From contig NC_092671.1 of assembly GCF_964355755.1 (NCBI RefSeq), positions 20,274,001-20,338,000 on the forward strand: a DNA stretch of 64,000 nucleotides. The letters run 5' to 3'. Positions 52,910 through 64,000 of the stretch are shown piece by piece; positions within the stretch are counted from its first letter, which is position 1; every line of letters starts with the position of its first letter. Both the position numbers and the translations under genes were made by a program. The notes below the pieces were generated by a model, which saw nothing but the letters and a program-made list of their open reading frames with translations, did no database searches and was not told the DNA's origin. The stretch comes from Antedon mediterranea. Its lineage: Eukaryota; Animalia; Echinodermata.

Positions 52910-54136
52910 TCTATATATAAATTTACGTAAGGGCAAAATTCTGTAAATCGCGCGTTATTTCTAGAATGTGTACTCGATGGTATGTAAAGTTGGTCATAAT
53001 CTCGGTACTGATTTTAACCACCTGATGTAACCCTGTTTACTAATTAAATTTAGTTAGATAATTAGTTATTGACAATTAAAACGAATTTAGGTTCAACCAT
53101 TTGCCCCAAATAGGGGTGTTTTCCGATCGTGGTATACACTGTCTAATGGATGTCCTCGTGAAAAATACCTGTACACAATAATACGAGGATACTTCGCATT
53201 TTCCTATCTCCTCCTACGATAATTGTTTTTAATAGCTGAAAACCGGTTGAACAGCTCGAGTAGAGTATCATAATGTTGAAGACAGGCCGATTTTCTTTAA
53301 AAAATACTATTTTGATAGATTTAATATACGTTTATACAAATGTATTGATTTGCGATGAATGGAACATTCCAAATTATTTGGTTTAACCATGCTTGCATAC
53401 CTCCATGATTTAACACAAGTAGGTCAATTTATGGGCCCTTTGAGAATAAACATAAATAGTATTGTAAACCTATACAATACTGTAAATAGGTATTAACCAC
53501 TTTTGATAGCCATTTGAATCGCAAATTTCTTATTGTGTGCGTTGGTAGGCCTACTGTTTATTATAATATAAACAAATATACTAATAAACTTTATTACTGT
53601 GAGTGTGGGTAGCCCCTACTTTTAGATTATAAACACATAATAATATAATACTTTATTACTGACAGTTGCTTCTCAACGTTTGTATTGATTAATAATTACA
53701 AAAAAAATATAAACGTCGTGGTGGTGTATCGTTACATGTACTTTACTATTTCAATCGACTATGACAGTGACAATTTTAACAGTTATTAAATCGGAAATGT
53801 TTTACTCTATTTAGTGTTATGTTATTTATAGGCCTATTAAAAAAAAAACCCAACCCTCAATAATGTTAGATACAAAATACAAATTGGGTTTGTTTAAATG
53901 AGTCCAAATGAAACATTTGGACTCATTTTGTGAGAAGTTTCTCTTTTGGAAGTAATTCGCACGGTGCTAATTTTGGTTGACTACATAAATACATAAATAA
54001 ATGTTTTATAGTCATGCGGTACGTAGGCCTACATTTTGAAATCGCCAGTTTTTTTACGCTGAAATTACTATGTATTCGAGAACCATATGTGGGCACGACC
54101 TAGATGGTACGCGAGCGAAGCGAGCGTGCCATCTAG
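52910..54136 (+). mobile_element. Helitron H1-related copy inserted in reverse orientation inside H1
   Basis: CAGCTA|TCTATATATAAATTTACG ... hairpin + CTAG|TTAAAAAC; the empty site CAGCTATTAAAAAC is seen near 31947. Confidence 0.9.
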
Positions 54137-55849
54137 TTAAAAACAATTATCGTAGGAGGAGATAGGAAAATGCGAAGCCTCCTCGCATTTTTGTGGCGGG
54201 TATTTTTCAAGATGGACATCCATTAGACAGTGTATACCACGATCGGAAAACACCCCTATTTGGGGCAAATCGTTGAACCTAAATTCGTTTTAATCGTCAA
54301 TAACTAATTATCTAACTTAATTTAATTAGTAAACAGGGTTACATCAGGTGGTTAAAATCAGTACCGAAAGTACGAACCAACTTTACATACCATCGAGTAA
54401 AAATTCTAAAAGTAAGGCGCGATTTACCGAATTTTACCCTTACGTAAATTTATATATAGATTAGGCTATAACATCAACAACATAACATCGACCTTCACAA
54501 TAAGGTATAAATATACTTGTTTTAATATTGTGTTCCTGTCTGAGATACTACAATTGAAATAAAAGCTTCAGTGAAAATAAATGAGATCTATAGACTAATT
54601 TAGAATTTGAAGTAGTTATCTTGACTTTACTTCAGATAGCCATCTTGAATTTGGGCCTTTATATTTCTTTAGAAAAAACGTATTTTTTTCATTCCTTATA
54701 TTATTAAAATATGAAATAAAATCAAAGTTTGCATTTAACAAAAAATATACACGACATATATATAAATGACATAAACCTCCTTCTAAAACCGTTTTACCCG
54801 AGTCATTATCATTCCGAAAACCATCGTCTACACATACTTCCATGGTCTGCACTTCCTAGAGTGGGGGAGCGAGTGAAGTGAGAGAATTGTTACACAATTG
54901 ATTTCCCAGTATTATGAATACGCAAAGCACAGAAAGGTAATTGTAGATTTGGAACTCAATGATTAAGTAAACAAGAAATATTTCTTACAAAAAACGCTGC
55001 TCGCTTATTGATGTAACAGTTTTAAAGATATATTGTCCCTCTGACAAATATTTTTTATTTCAAATTTGTTTTTGAATGTGTCATTTTATTTTCACATAAT
55101 AGTTATTTTATCTGAAAAAATGTAATTTAATGCAAAAAAATACTGTCAGACAATGGTTTGGGGTTATAATTAAACGTCTCTTTCTTTTTTTATACGTGAA
55201 TAAATATTATTTTTTGGTTACAGAAGTGAATAACTTTGATATGAAACACAGATTCAATTTCTGTCACTTTAGTTTATTTTATTGCTAAGGTCAAGTCTGG
55301 GGGTCATTTCATCACGCCTAGGTGCTTCAAGTGTGAAGTATCCTATTACAAACAACAACTTTAATGGACTATTTTGATAATAATTCAATGATTATCTGAT
55401 AGCGAATTACAGTATTATATATCGGTTCAATCTGTTGATTCGCGTCACCTAATCAAAGGGCAAGAATCCAAAATCGTTCAGCCGTGAGCCCTCATAGACT
55501 TTTTTCCCAGACGTTTTTTGGCTCCAGCAGCTGGGATCTATAAATTATAGTCGAGAATCCTTTTTAGCAAAAACGTCAGTGTGTAGTACTTTAATTGCTG
55601 CTTGCTTTCAGCTTATAAATGAGTCATCTCTTGTGACGTAGCGGGCTAGAGCAGCAGCGTGAAAAACGACATAAAGACATAATCCTGAAGTTTCAATGTC
55701 ACAAATCTTACTTTACCCCTTTTTCGCGCCAGCTAATACCCAAGAGGACATAATCAATAAGAAACTGTATCAACGCGAAAGCTATTTAGACAGTTTTAAT
55801 ATTTTGTAAACTCGACTAATTAAACCTTAGGTCCAGCGTACAGATAAGA

Positions 55850-58332
55850 CGTGTCTCGATTCTCTCTCTCGTGAACTGGTTTTTCGCCAGTGTTTTTCGC
55901 CAGTGTTTTTCAACTTAATCGACACCGATCCAGAATAATTGAACAACATATGGAACAGTAAGATCTGGATCTACGCTCAGCCTGTATTTTAACTATTTTA
56001 TCTGAAATTTTTAATCGTTTTTATCCAGTTTTAATCCTCGTAAGCCCATACTACGACGAGGAGGACCAAGGTAACGATCAAAGGCGGTGCCCAGTCTGGG
56101 CGGTGATTTCATCCTAAGCCTAGCTCGACTTTTTGCTGTTTTTAAGCCTAAGTGCAATATTGATCACCTCAATCTAAGTATCAACGACATCATAAATAAA
56201 GAAGTTTTATATGGATATGTACAGTTTTTTGATGTATTTTAGTGTTTTTTTATTCCGTTTTTATCCAGTTTTCATTTGATTTGCTTCGTTGCGTTTGGCG
56301 AGAAGTTTTAATCAGCTGACCAACACTTGTTTACCTGTTTGATTGACATTGCTAAGCTCCTGGATTACTACAAATGTTCTTATTTTTTTATGCCTTCTAG
56401 TGAGAATTAACTTTACATGCCGCCCAACGTTAAACTCGGACATTTTTTCTACGTTAAACCCCAGCATATATGATAGCTGGGCAATTCAACCGAAGATACA
56501 TACGGATAACCTGAATATAATGTCTCCCTTATGGACAATGTACGGATCTTCTAAACCGTATCCAGTTTGCCGCTTAACCTTAAAAAACCCAAGTTTCCTG
56601 ATGGTACTTATTATTATCGCTGGAGACGTTTCTCCGAACCCAGGACCAATCAGAAACCCATGTTCAATTTGTAAAAAACCGATTGCGAAAACGCACAGGG
56701 CAATGAAATGCTCTGAATGTAAATGTCACTACCATATCAAGTGCGGAAGAATAACTAAAATTGTATATGATAAGCAACGGAACTCGAAAGATAATTGGTT
56801 ATGTAGGCCTAAAGAATGCCTCTTCAATCAGCTTCCGAATGATGAATGCATCAGTGACATTAATATTCATGACAAATTTATTGCCGACGCAAATAATGTG
56901 AATGAAACCCGACAAGATGGACATACATGTACAGAAGACATTTACAAGCATTTAAGCGAGGAATTCAACGTGTTTGACAAAGGCCTACATTTTATTCACC
57001 TTAATGCGCGGTCATTAGTTAATAAAATGTCTGAACTAAGGCACATCGCATCGAAGAGCTGTAACTGTTATATCCATCAGCGAGTCGTGGCTGGACGAAT
57101 CCATCACCGATAACGAGATCAAACCGGTCTGGTGGTGGAGTTTGTATCTACGTAAAAAATGAACGCGCCTTCACACGTAGAAATGATCTGGATATCGACG
57201 GTTTTGAAGCAATTTGGATAAATATATATCTGCCTCGTTCAAAGGAAATTGTGATTGGTACATGCTACCGCCCACAAAAACAGAATGTAACTTTATTTCT
57301 GAACAACTTTGAAGAAACTGTATCAAAAATCAAAGAGAGTAGTGAAATTTATATTCTTGGTGACTTTAACATATGTACTTTAAATATTAATCCAGTATCG
57401 CAAAGATATAATGATTGTCTTATAAGAAATGGTTTTTAGTAATGTTATTAAGGATATAACTAGAATAGGAAAAGAAAAAAGCTCATGTTTGGACCACATT
57501 GTTACTAATGTAATGTAATGTGAAGCAATCTGGAGTAATTAACATTGGCCTTAGTGACCATTTTCTTATTTATTGCACTAGAAAAATACCTAAGTCTCAT
57601 GTTCATAAAAATGAACACAACTCCGCAAAATTACGATCTTTAAAAAACTATAATGTAAATAACTATATTGAAACACTTAACGATATCGATTGGTCTGTTG
57701 TCACTAATAATGACGATGTAAATATCGCGTGATTAACTCTTAAAGATATCATCATTAAGGTGATCGACTCAATAGCGCCAATAAAAAAAGTTAGACTTAA
57801 ACAAAACATAGCACCCTGGTTTACCTCCGAAATTGCCAATGAAATCAAAGTAAGAGACAAACTTTTAAAAAAAATTTAAGAAAGATAAATCTAATCTAGA
57901 TATATACAGGTCATTGTGCATTAGAGCTAATACACTATGTAGAACTTTCTCAAAATGCTCTAAAAACATAAAGTGTTTTTTGTTTAAAACATATTGTAAT
58001 AACTTATACTGTGCTTCTCTGTGGGAAAATTTTAATGTAAAATCAATGGAAGCACTAAAGGTGTGCTTCAACAATGCCTTACGCCTGCTCCTTAATAAAC
58101 CTAGGTCATGCAGTGCCAGCACCATGTTTGTAGAAAACCACATCTGCTCGTTCTACGAACTACAACGTAAGGTGGTGTTTGGCATGTTGTACAGGTTAGG
58201 GAGGTCAGACAATATTGTCATAAAATGTATTCATGAATTTGCTTTTCCTTCATCCAATCTACATAGTAGATGGATGAAGCTATTGTTCTAACCACGTGAC
58301 TATGTTGCGTAGGTTTTTTTTTTTAATATATC

Positions 58333-58377
<45 letters not shown>

Positions 58378-59760
58378 ATATTTGTTATATTTACAATAAT
58401 GTACACTAATTTGTTACTGAACTATGGAGAATTTTTTTTTTCCGAAATAAAAGATGAATGAATGAATGAATATATACAAATCTTATTGTGCCTCCAGGAA
58501 CAAAGCTCAGCGGCTGATCAAAAAAGCTAAATCTAATTATTTTCTCAATAAGATTGATGAAAATAAAGACAACCCTAAAAAATTATGGAAAACCCTAAAA
58601 CAGCTCGGATACGAGAAGAAATGTAAAACAAACACTAAAATAGTTCTCGATGCCAGACAATGGTAAAAAAACTTTCTGTCCAAAAGGCGTTGCCTCTCGT
58701 TTTAATGAGTTTTTTACGAATGTTGCGTCAACACTCGTCAAAAAACTCCCAACATGCATAGGCTTTTTCACCATGTCCACTAACGATCTTCATAAATACT
58801 ACGTAAAATTAAAAGGTAACTCAACTCGAAAGCCTAAATGTTAACAAAAGCGTCGGTCTAGATAATATTCCCTCAAGATTTTTACGAGACGGTACGATAA
58901 TCTTGGCTGAACCGATAGCTCATATCATTAACCTTTCGTTTAAAACTAATTGTTTTCCTCGTGATTTATTCTTAAAACAGCTAAAGTTACCCCACTATTT
59001 AAGAAAAATACTAGAACAAGTGTTGAGAATTATCGGCCGATTAGTATTCTGTCTACGGTATCAAAGATTCTTGAAAAATCTGTAGCTATACAAGTTGAAA
59101 GGTATCTTTCCAAAAATAATATACTTTATGCCTATCAATCCGGTTTTCGGAAGGCCCATTCAACTGAAAGCAACCTCATAAATCTCATCGACGGTTTAAA
59201 AAACAATAAGTCCAAAGGCCTTCTTACTGGAATGGTAGTGCCAGGACTGGTTAACTGAAAACAAATTATCTTTACATGTTGGCAAAACCGAAAGTATTAT
59301 CTTTGGTAGCAGAGCGAAGCTTAACAAAGTTAAAGAGTTTTCTGTGGAATTAATGGGCCGTAGAATCAAAAGTACTACGCAAGTTAAATATTTGGGTATT
59401 GATTTAGACCAATATGTATCATGTGATATTATTGCAACTAGTGTTATAAGTAAAGTTAAGTCAAGGTTGAAGTTTTTACATAGGCAAAGTTCATGCTTGA
59501 ATAAAAAATGTCGTAAACTATTAAGCACTGCTTTAATACAATGTACATTTTGACTATTCAGCCTCGGCATGGTACGGCGGTGTCAATAAGAATCTTAAAC
59601 ATAAATTACAAACTGCCCAAAACAAGATGGCACGTTTCATTTTAAATGTTGGTCCGAGGTCTCACATAGGTGCCAAAGAGCTTTCCGATCTTGGGTTTCT
59701 TAATGTCAGCCTCAGAAATAAGTTTTTAAGATTAAATTATGTTCACAAAATTCTTTTTTA
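55850..59760 (+). mobile_element. Decayed Crack/Daphne/L2-group LINE with 2A-like peptide, PHD finger, endonuclease and RT
   Basis: GDVSPNPGP, CxxC..CxxC..HxxC..WxC, HLNARSL, CYRP, GDFNI, GLSDH, YRPISIL, QSGFR, KYLG, RLKFL; limits approximate. Confidence 0.88.
57909..58469 (+). mobile_element. 5'-truncated RTE-X-like LINE 3' end inserted into the host LINE
   Basis: RANTLCRTFSKCS..LFKTYC..LYCASLW; (TA)n, AATAAA, (GAAT)n tail; TSD ATATATACA (57900-57908, 58470-58478). Confidence 0.8.
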
Positions 59761-60789
59761 TTTAATAAACATGTAATATATAAATTTTTTTAAACGTAAT
59801 TTTTAAAGTTCATACAATTCCCTACGGAGGGCGCAATTTATGTACTTAGTTCGTGGCTAAAATCGATTATTTTCGGGGATGTTGTGGACCCTATAAACTA
59901 TATTTCGAAAACTACAAGTCAGATTTTCATAATTCTTTCTTCATTTTAATATTGATACAAAATATTAACTGGCAATGTATGCTAATAACTTCTAATGTTG
60001 CATCGTTATCACTAGCCTAGATAGTAGACCTATACTAGTAGTATGCGAGTGGGTCGCCCGCGGGTCATAGGGTAGGGAGTTAATTCTCCTACCCTGGAAA
60101 TATAGGCTTACTGAAGTTTAGTTTATGATTATAATTTTGTTCTGTACATTAGGCCAGAATATATTGTTAAACAAAAATAGTAAGTCGCACTGTAGCAATC
60201 GTAATCATTGTATATAACAACACTGTCGCACTTTCTAATAACTGCTGTACCAGTTCCCTTCGTTAGACCTACAACAGGCAAAATGTATTCAAAAGTAATG
60301 ATTTGTGAAACCGATTCATACTAGTTTATATTATGTAGCTAAGCAGGACATGGCAAACGGATATATAATTGATTTGAAAACCGTCATTTTGGAGCAGGAT
60401 TAAATTTCAATGATGACCACAATGACATCCGGAGTAGGTCTACTGTATACTTATTTTGGTGACCTACAAAGAATTGTATTGATTTATAGCAACCACTAAT
60501 AATCATATAGGCCTACTCAAGATTTTTCGTAATTATTCGTATTTTTCTTTTACAGTAGACTCATTAAAAAAATCTATTTTTTTATGGATTTCAATCTCAA
60601 ATGTTTGATTTAATATTTAGATACGTACATATGGAAAAGTATAATGGAAATGACTCAAACCTATACCAGATAAACACCTTTACGTCATACTATTAGAAGT
60701 TGAAGCAATGTATGTATGTAGTCATACCAGTTTAATAACAATAAGGAAGACATTGACTGCCCCTGATCTGTTGCTAAATCATTGGAAAG

Positions 60790-63700
60790 ATGGGTGACAT
60801 CTATCGCGAAAAATCATGGCTTTTTTGTGTTATTTTATTCATTTTGTTACTAGGTCTAAGTATAAATGATGATGTGGTTTGTGGGAACATAACCGATAGT
60901 AATGACAATGTATGTACTACAGTAAGGTTAGTAAGAAATGTTATTGTGTTTATAATAGGTTTTGCTATTTGGTTGGTGTAAGTAGTGAATGTCATTATTT
61001 TACTCAATACAAGAATTTGAAATAGATTGATGCTATAAAGTAGTGCTTAGTGTTATCAATCGTTTGGTTATTAAAGAAACTGTAATTATTGTAATGGTTT
61101 AATGCAACATGTATCCCATTTTCACGGTATCATGTCCATCGACTTAACCCTGTAGTATCGTGTCTGCTAATGGAAAAAGGCCCAACCATAGGACCTGGTT
61201 ACTTACACCTGACCCTCTAAACAATCCACTATGAAAACGGTTCTCGGTATTGTATACGATTTGTCCAGAATCATAGGAAAGTACTGTCCGTGTTGTATTA
61301 AGGACATCTCATAAGGCCACTGATTTTGATTGTATTGTTTTAGAAATCCTAAATCTAGTCTGGTATGATTAAATAAATAAATTATAATAAAATAATATGA
61401 TAAGCCTAATACTGGACAACATTGTCTTAAATGGAAATACAGCACCGAGAATCAGGTTTAAAACTTAGATCCTAGTATATCGATCGATTGGGAAGCTGAC
61501 GTTTTTAAAAATAGCAATACAGTGTGACACATGTGAGTTGAGCGCAAGGTAAATTTAATGTTGTCTGCGCGTATCATTATACGAATAGTTTGATACCCGT
61601 AAAGAAAAAGTATTAACATCTTGATAATGTGTATAGGTTAGATATGTTGTCCAACTGTGAAGCATTCATCTTATATTCGAACAATTGTGATTTACATTTT
61701 GATGGTAGATTGTGTGAATTTGTTCATCCGGAAAGGTACGTTTATTTTTGTTTTCACAGACGTATTCAGAACGTACATATTTCTATTTGCCCTAATGAAA
61801 CATTTTACAAAACAATGACCGGAAGTACGACATTTGACCCTCGACCCCATTTCTCAATATTGTATATAAATATAATAAAATTAAAATGTCTCCTCTCAAA
61901 TGACTCAGATACATGTTTCTAGTAGGATATAAGACTGTTAAGTAAATCTCAAAAATTCACATGAATAACTCGCCTGGAAAGTATGCAAATTAGTAGTACA
62001 AGTTACATGAAATATGCAAATTAGAGGGTGAAATCACATAATATAAGGCTAGAGAGTTGATTTTTTCAAAGACGAGTTTAGAATGTACATATTTCTATTG
62101 CTCTAATGAAACATTTTACTAAAAAATTGAAGTACAAAAATTGACCCTTGACCCCATTTCTCAATGTTTGCATACAGAATGCGACTAAAATGTCTGTGTA
62201 GAGTCTTTGTTTTGGCCTCAAATGACTCGTATAAAGGTTTCTGAGTAGGATTGTTTAGTATTATTCTCATACTCGCCTCCAAAGTATGCATATTAGTAGT
62301 ATACAACGGGTGAAAGTTACCATATCATTATCGTTTTTCGCGATATGGCACCACTGTAATGTGTAACTTGTACTACTAATTTCCATACTTTCGAGATGCA
62401 TGGCAGGGGTGTGATTTGGGAATTACAAAACGGTCCTATTCTGGCTTTTTGAAAATAGTATTCATCAATTTGAGGCAAAAACTAAATCTCTACAGACATT
62501 TTAGTTACATAAATGCATTGAGAAATGGGGCTTGTACTTTTGTCATTTTTTATTACAGAAAATACAAATAAGTACATTCTGTGAAAAATCATCTCTCTAG
62601 CATTAGCGGTTTAAGATTCGGCGGGAATGTTGTAGTTTCACCCCATAAATTACATATTTAATGTAACCTGTACCACTAATTTGCATATTTTCGAGGTGCG
62701 TGATAAAGGTGTGATTTGGAAATTACTAAACGGTCCTATGCTGGCAATAGTAAACCTGTATCCAAGTCATGTATGTCTGTACAGACATTTTAGTTGCATT
62801 ATTTATGCAAAATTGAGAAATGGGGTCATGGGAGCATATTTCATGTAACTTGTATTACTAATTGGCATACTTGTGAGGTGAGTGATTTACTTACTTTATT
62901 AGAAACCTGTATCCGAGTCATTTGAAGGCAGAAAAAAGTCTATATAGACATTTTAATTTAATTATATAGGCCCTATGCAATAATTTGAAATGGGGTCGAG
63001 GGCAAAATGTCGTACATCCTGTTATTTTTTTGTAAAATGTTTCATTAGAGCAACTAGAGATAGGCCCTATGTACATTCTGAATGTGTCTGTGAAATCGTC
63101 TATATAGATTAAAGTACAGTATAGCGATAAACGATGAATTCAAACTAAATATAATCATGAATCTTGCCCAGTGACATAGATAAAAAGACTTGATTTTTGT
63201 ATTCGATAGTGATACGTCTTTATTACAAATCAACTGTTGTCCCGGATATACTGGTACTGACTGTTATGAAGGTAAGGGTTATGATATACATTGCCATAAT
63301 AATGTTTATTATAATGATTCATTATCATTATCACCACATCATCATCACCACCACGACACCATCATCAATAATAATAGTGGCCAACCTGTATCGGATCACA
63401 CAAGCCCATTACAATGTGAAATACTGAAAACTGATCCAACCAATCATTTATGCATCATTTTACTTCTCTTAATTTTTTCTTCCATTGGTAGAATGTCCGG
63501 AGAATATGTTTGGACTTAATTGTCTTGGTAACTGTGAATGCCAAAATGGTGCCACATGTAACCCCATCAACGGATCATGCACATGCCCTGATGGTTATAC
63601 CGGTGAATTTTGTGAGCGTACCTGTACGGAAGGATTATATGGTGGTGGATGCTTATTGACATGCCCTGATTGCCACACAGACAGCTACTGCGATCATACC

Positions 63701-64000
63701 AACGGTAGTTGCATTTGCCCTCCAAAACTTGAAGGTGAACTTTGTTCTGAAAAACAAAAGGGTAACCCAGACTTCTGTAGTTTTTGTCCACCAAGTGACG
63801 TATGTGGTGAAATTTCGTGCTGTGATTCTAGCAGTGACTTCTGCTTATGCGGACCTGGATGGACAGGGATTTATTGCACAGAACCATGTGAAGTAGGAAC
63901 CTTTGGAAAAAACTGTAAAAAGTACTGTGAATGTGAAAATAATTCTACTTGCTTGCATACAGACGGACGTTGCATATGCACACAAGGCTGGACAGGAACA
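60790..64000 (+). CDS. EMI + multiple EGF-like domain protein (MEGF10/MEGF11/CED-1/Draper-like), 5' part
   Basis: join(60790-60926,61637-61735,63210-63271,63492->64000); signal peptide, NVC..CCPGYTGTDC, then ECPENMFGLNC..CQNGATCNPINGSCTCPDGYTGEFC repeats, open to window end. Confidence 0.85.
61752..63096. repeat. Foldback element: about 300-bp modules, two forward and about three inverted
   Basis: TTTCACAGAC..TAATGAAACATTTTAC..CCTCGACCCCATTTC (61752, related at 62062) mirrored by GAAATGGGGTCGAGG..GTAAAATGTTTCATTAG..GTCTGTGAAA (to 63096). Confidence 0.8.
63492..64000 (+). CDS. EGF-repeat exon of the MEGF-like gene (partial)
   Basis: About four 8-Cys EGF/laminin-like repeats, no stop; absent from the ORF track because it runs off the window. 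Confidence 0.92.

Larger units (their letters stand above)
51059..54460 (-). mobile_element. Helitron H1 copy carrying nested insertions
   Basis: 51059-51510, 52531-52909 and 54137-54460 are nearly identical to 30832-32276; ends CTAG and ..TATATAGA. Confidence 0.88.

Noticed and set aside
60069-60095. Hairpin AGGGTAGGGAG-TTAATT-CTCCTACCCT as a terminator
   Set aside because: Eukaryotic context, no U-tract; probably a TE remnant
63272-63491. His-rich protein segment (ORF 63190-63519)
   Set aside because: Lies in a GT-AG intron; a (CAT/CAC)n microsatellite read-through
45419-64000. Single gene joining the TM/tail exons with the EGF exons
   Set aside because: The TM and stop-containing tail lie upstream of the EGF exons, and each unit has its own ATG and signal peptide

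Overview
AT-rich eukaryotic (marine invertebrate, probably deuterostome such as an echinoderm; inferred) genomic DNA with spliceosomal introns. There are three host genes, all on the + strand. (1) A complete 11-exon methionine synthase reductase gene (MTRR, 14435-43018, 686 aa). (2) A 6-exon single-pass receptor-like gene (45419-49319, 456 aa) with signal peptide, degenerate EMI-like domain, TM helix and tyrosine-rich tail. (3) The 5' part of an EMI + multiple-EGF (MEGF10/CED-1/Draper-like) gene (60790 to window end), whose first three exons have the same intron phases as gene 2. Most of the remaining sequence is nested transposon debris: L2/CR1-group and RTE-X-like LINEs, a decayed intron-containing Academ(X)-like DNA transposon, hAT/Mutator/pogo-like MITEs, Helitrons, Helentron-type HINEs, a tRNA-derived SINE, a BEL/Pao integrase fragment and a hammerhead-like motif. 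The most striking non-annotated signals are pervasive TA->TAGGCCTA micro-insertions (shown by comparing repeat copies inside the window) and the EMI-only receptor paired with a MEGF gene. All exon coordinates were read by hand and are not transcript-verified.
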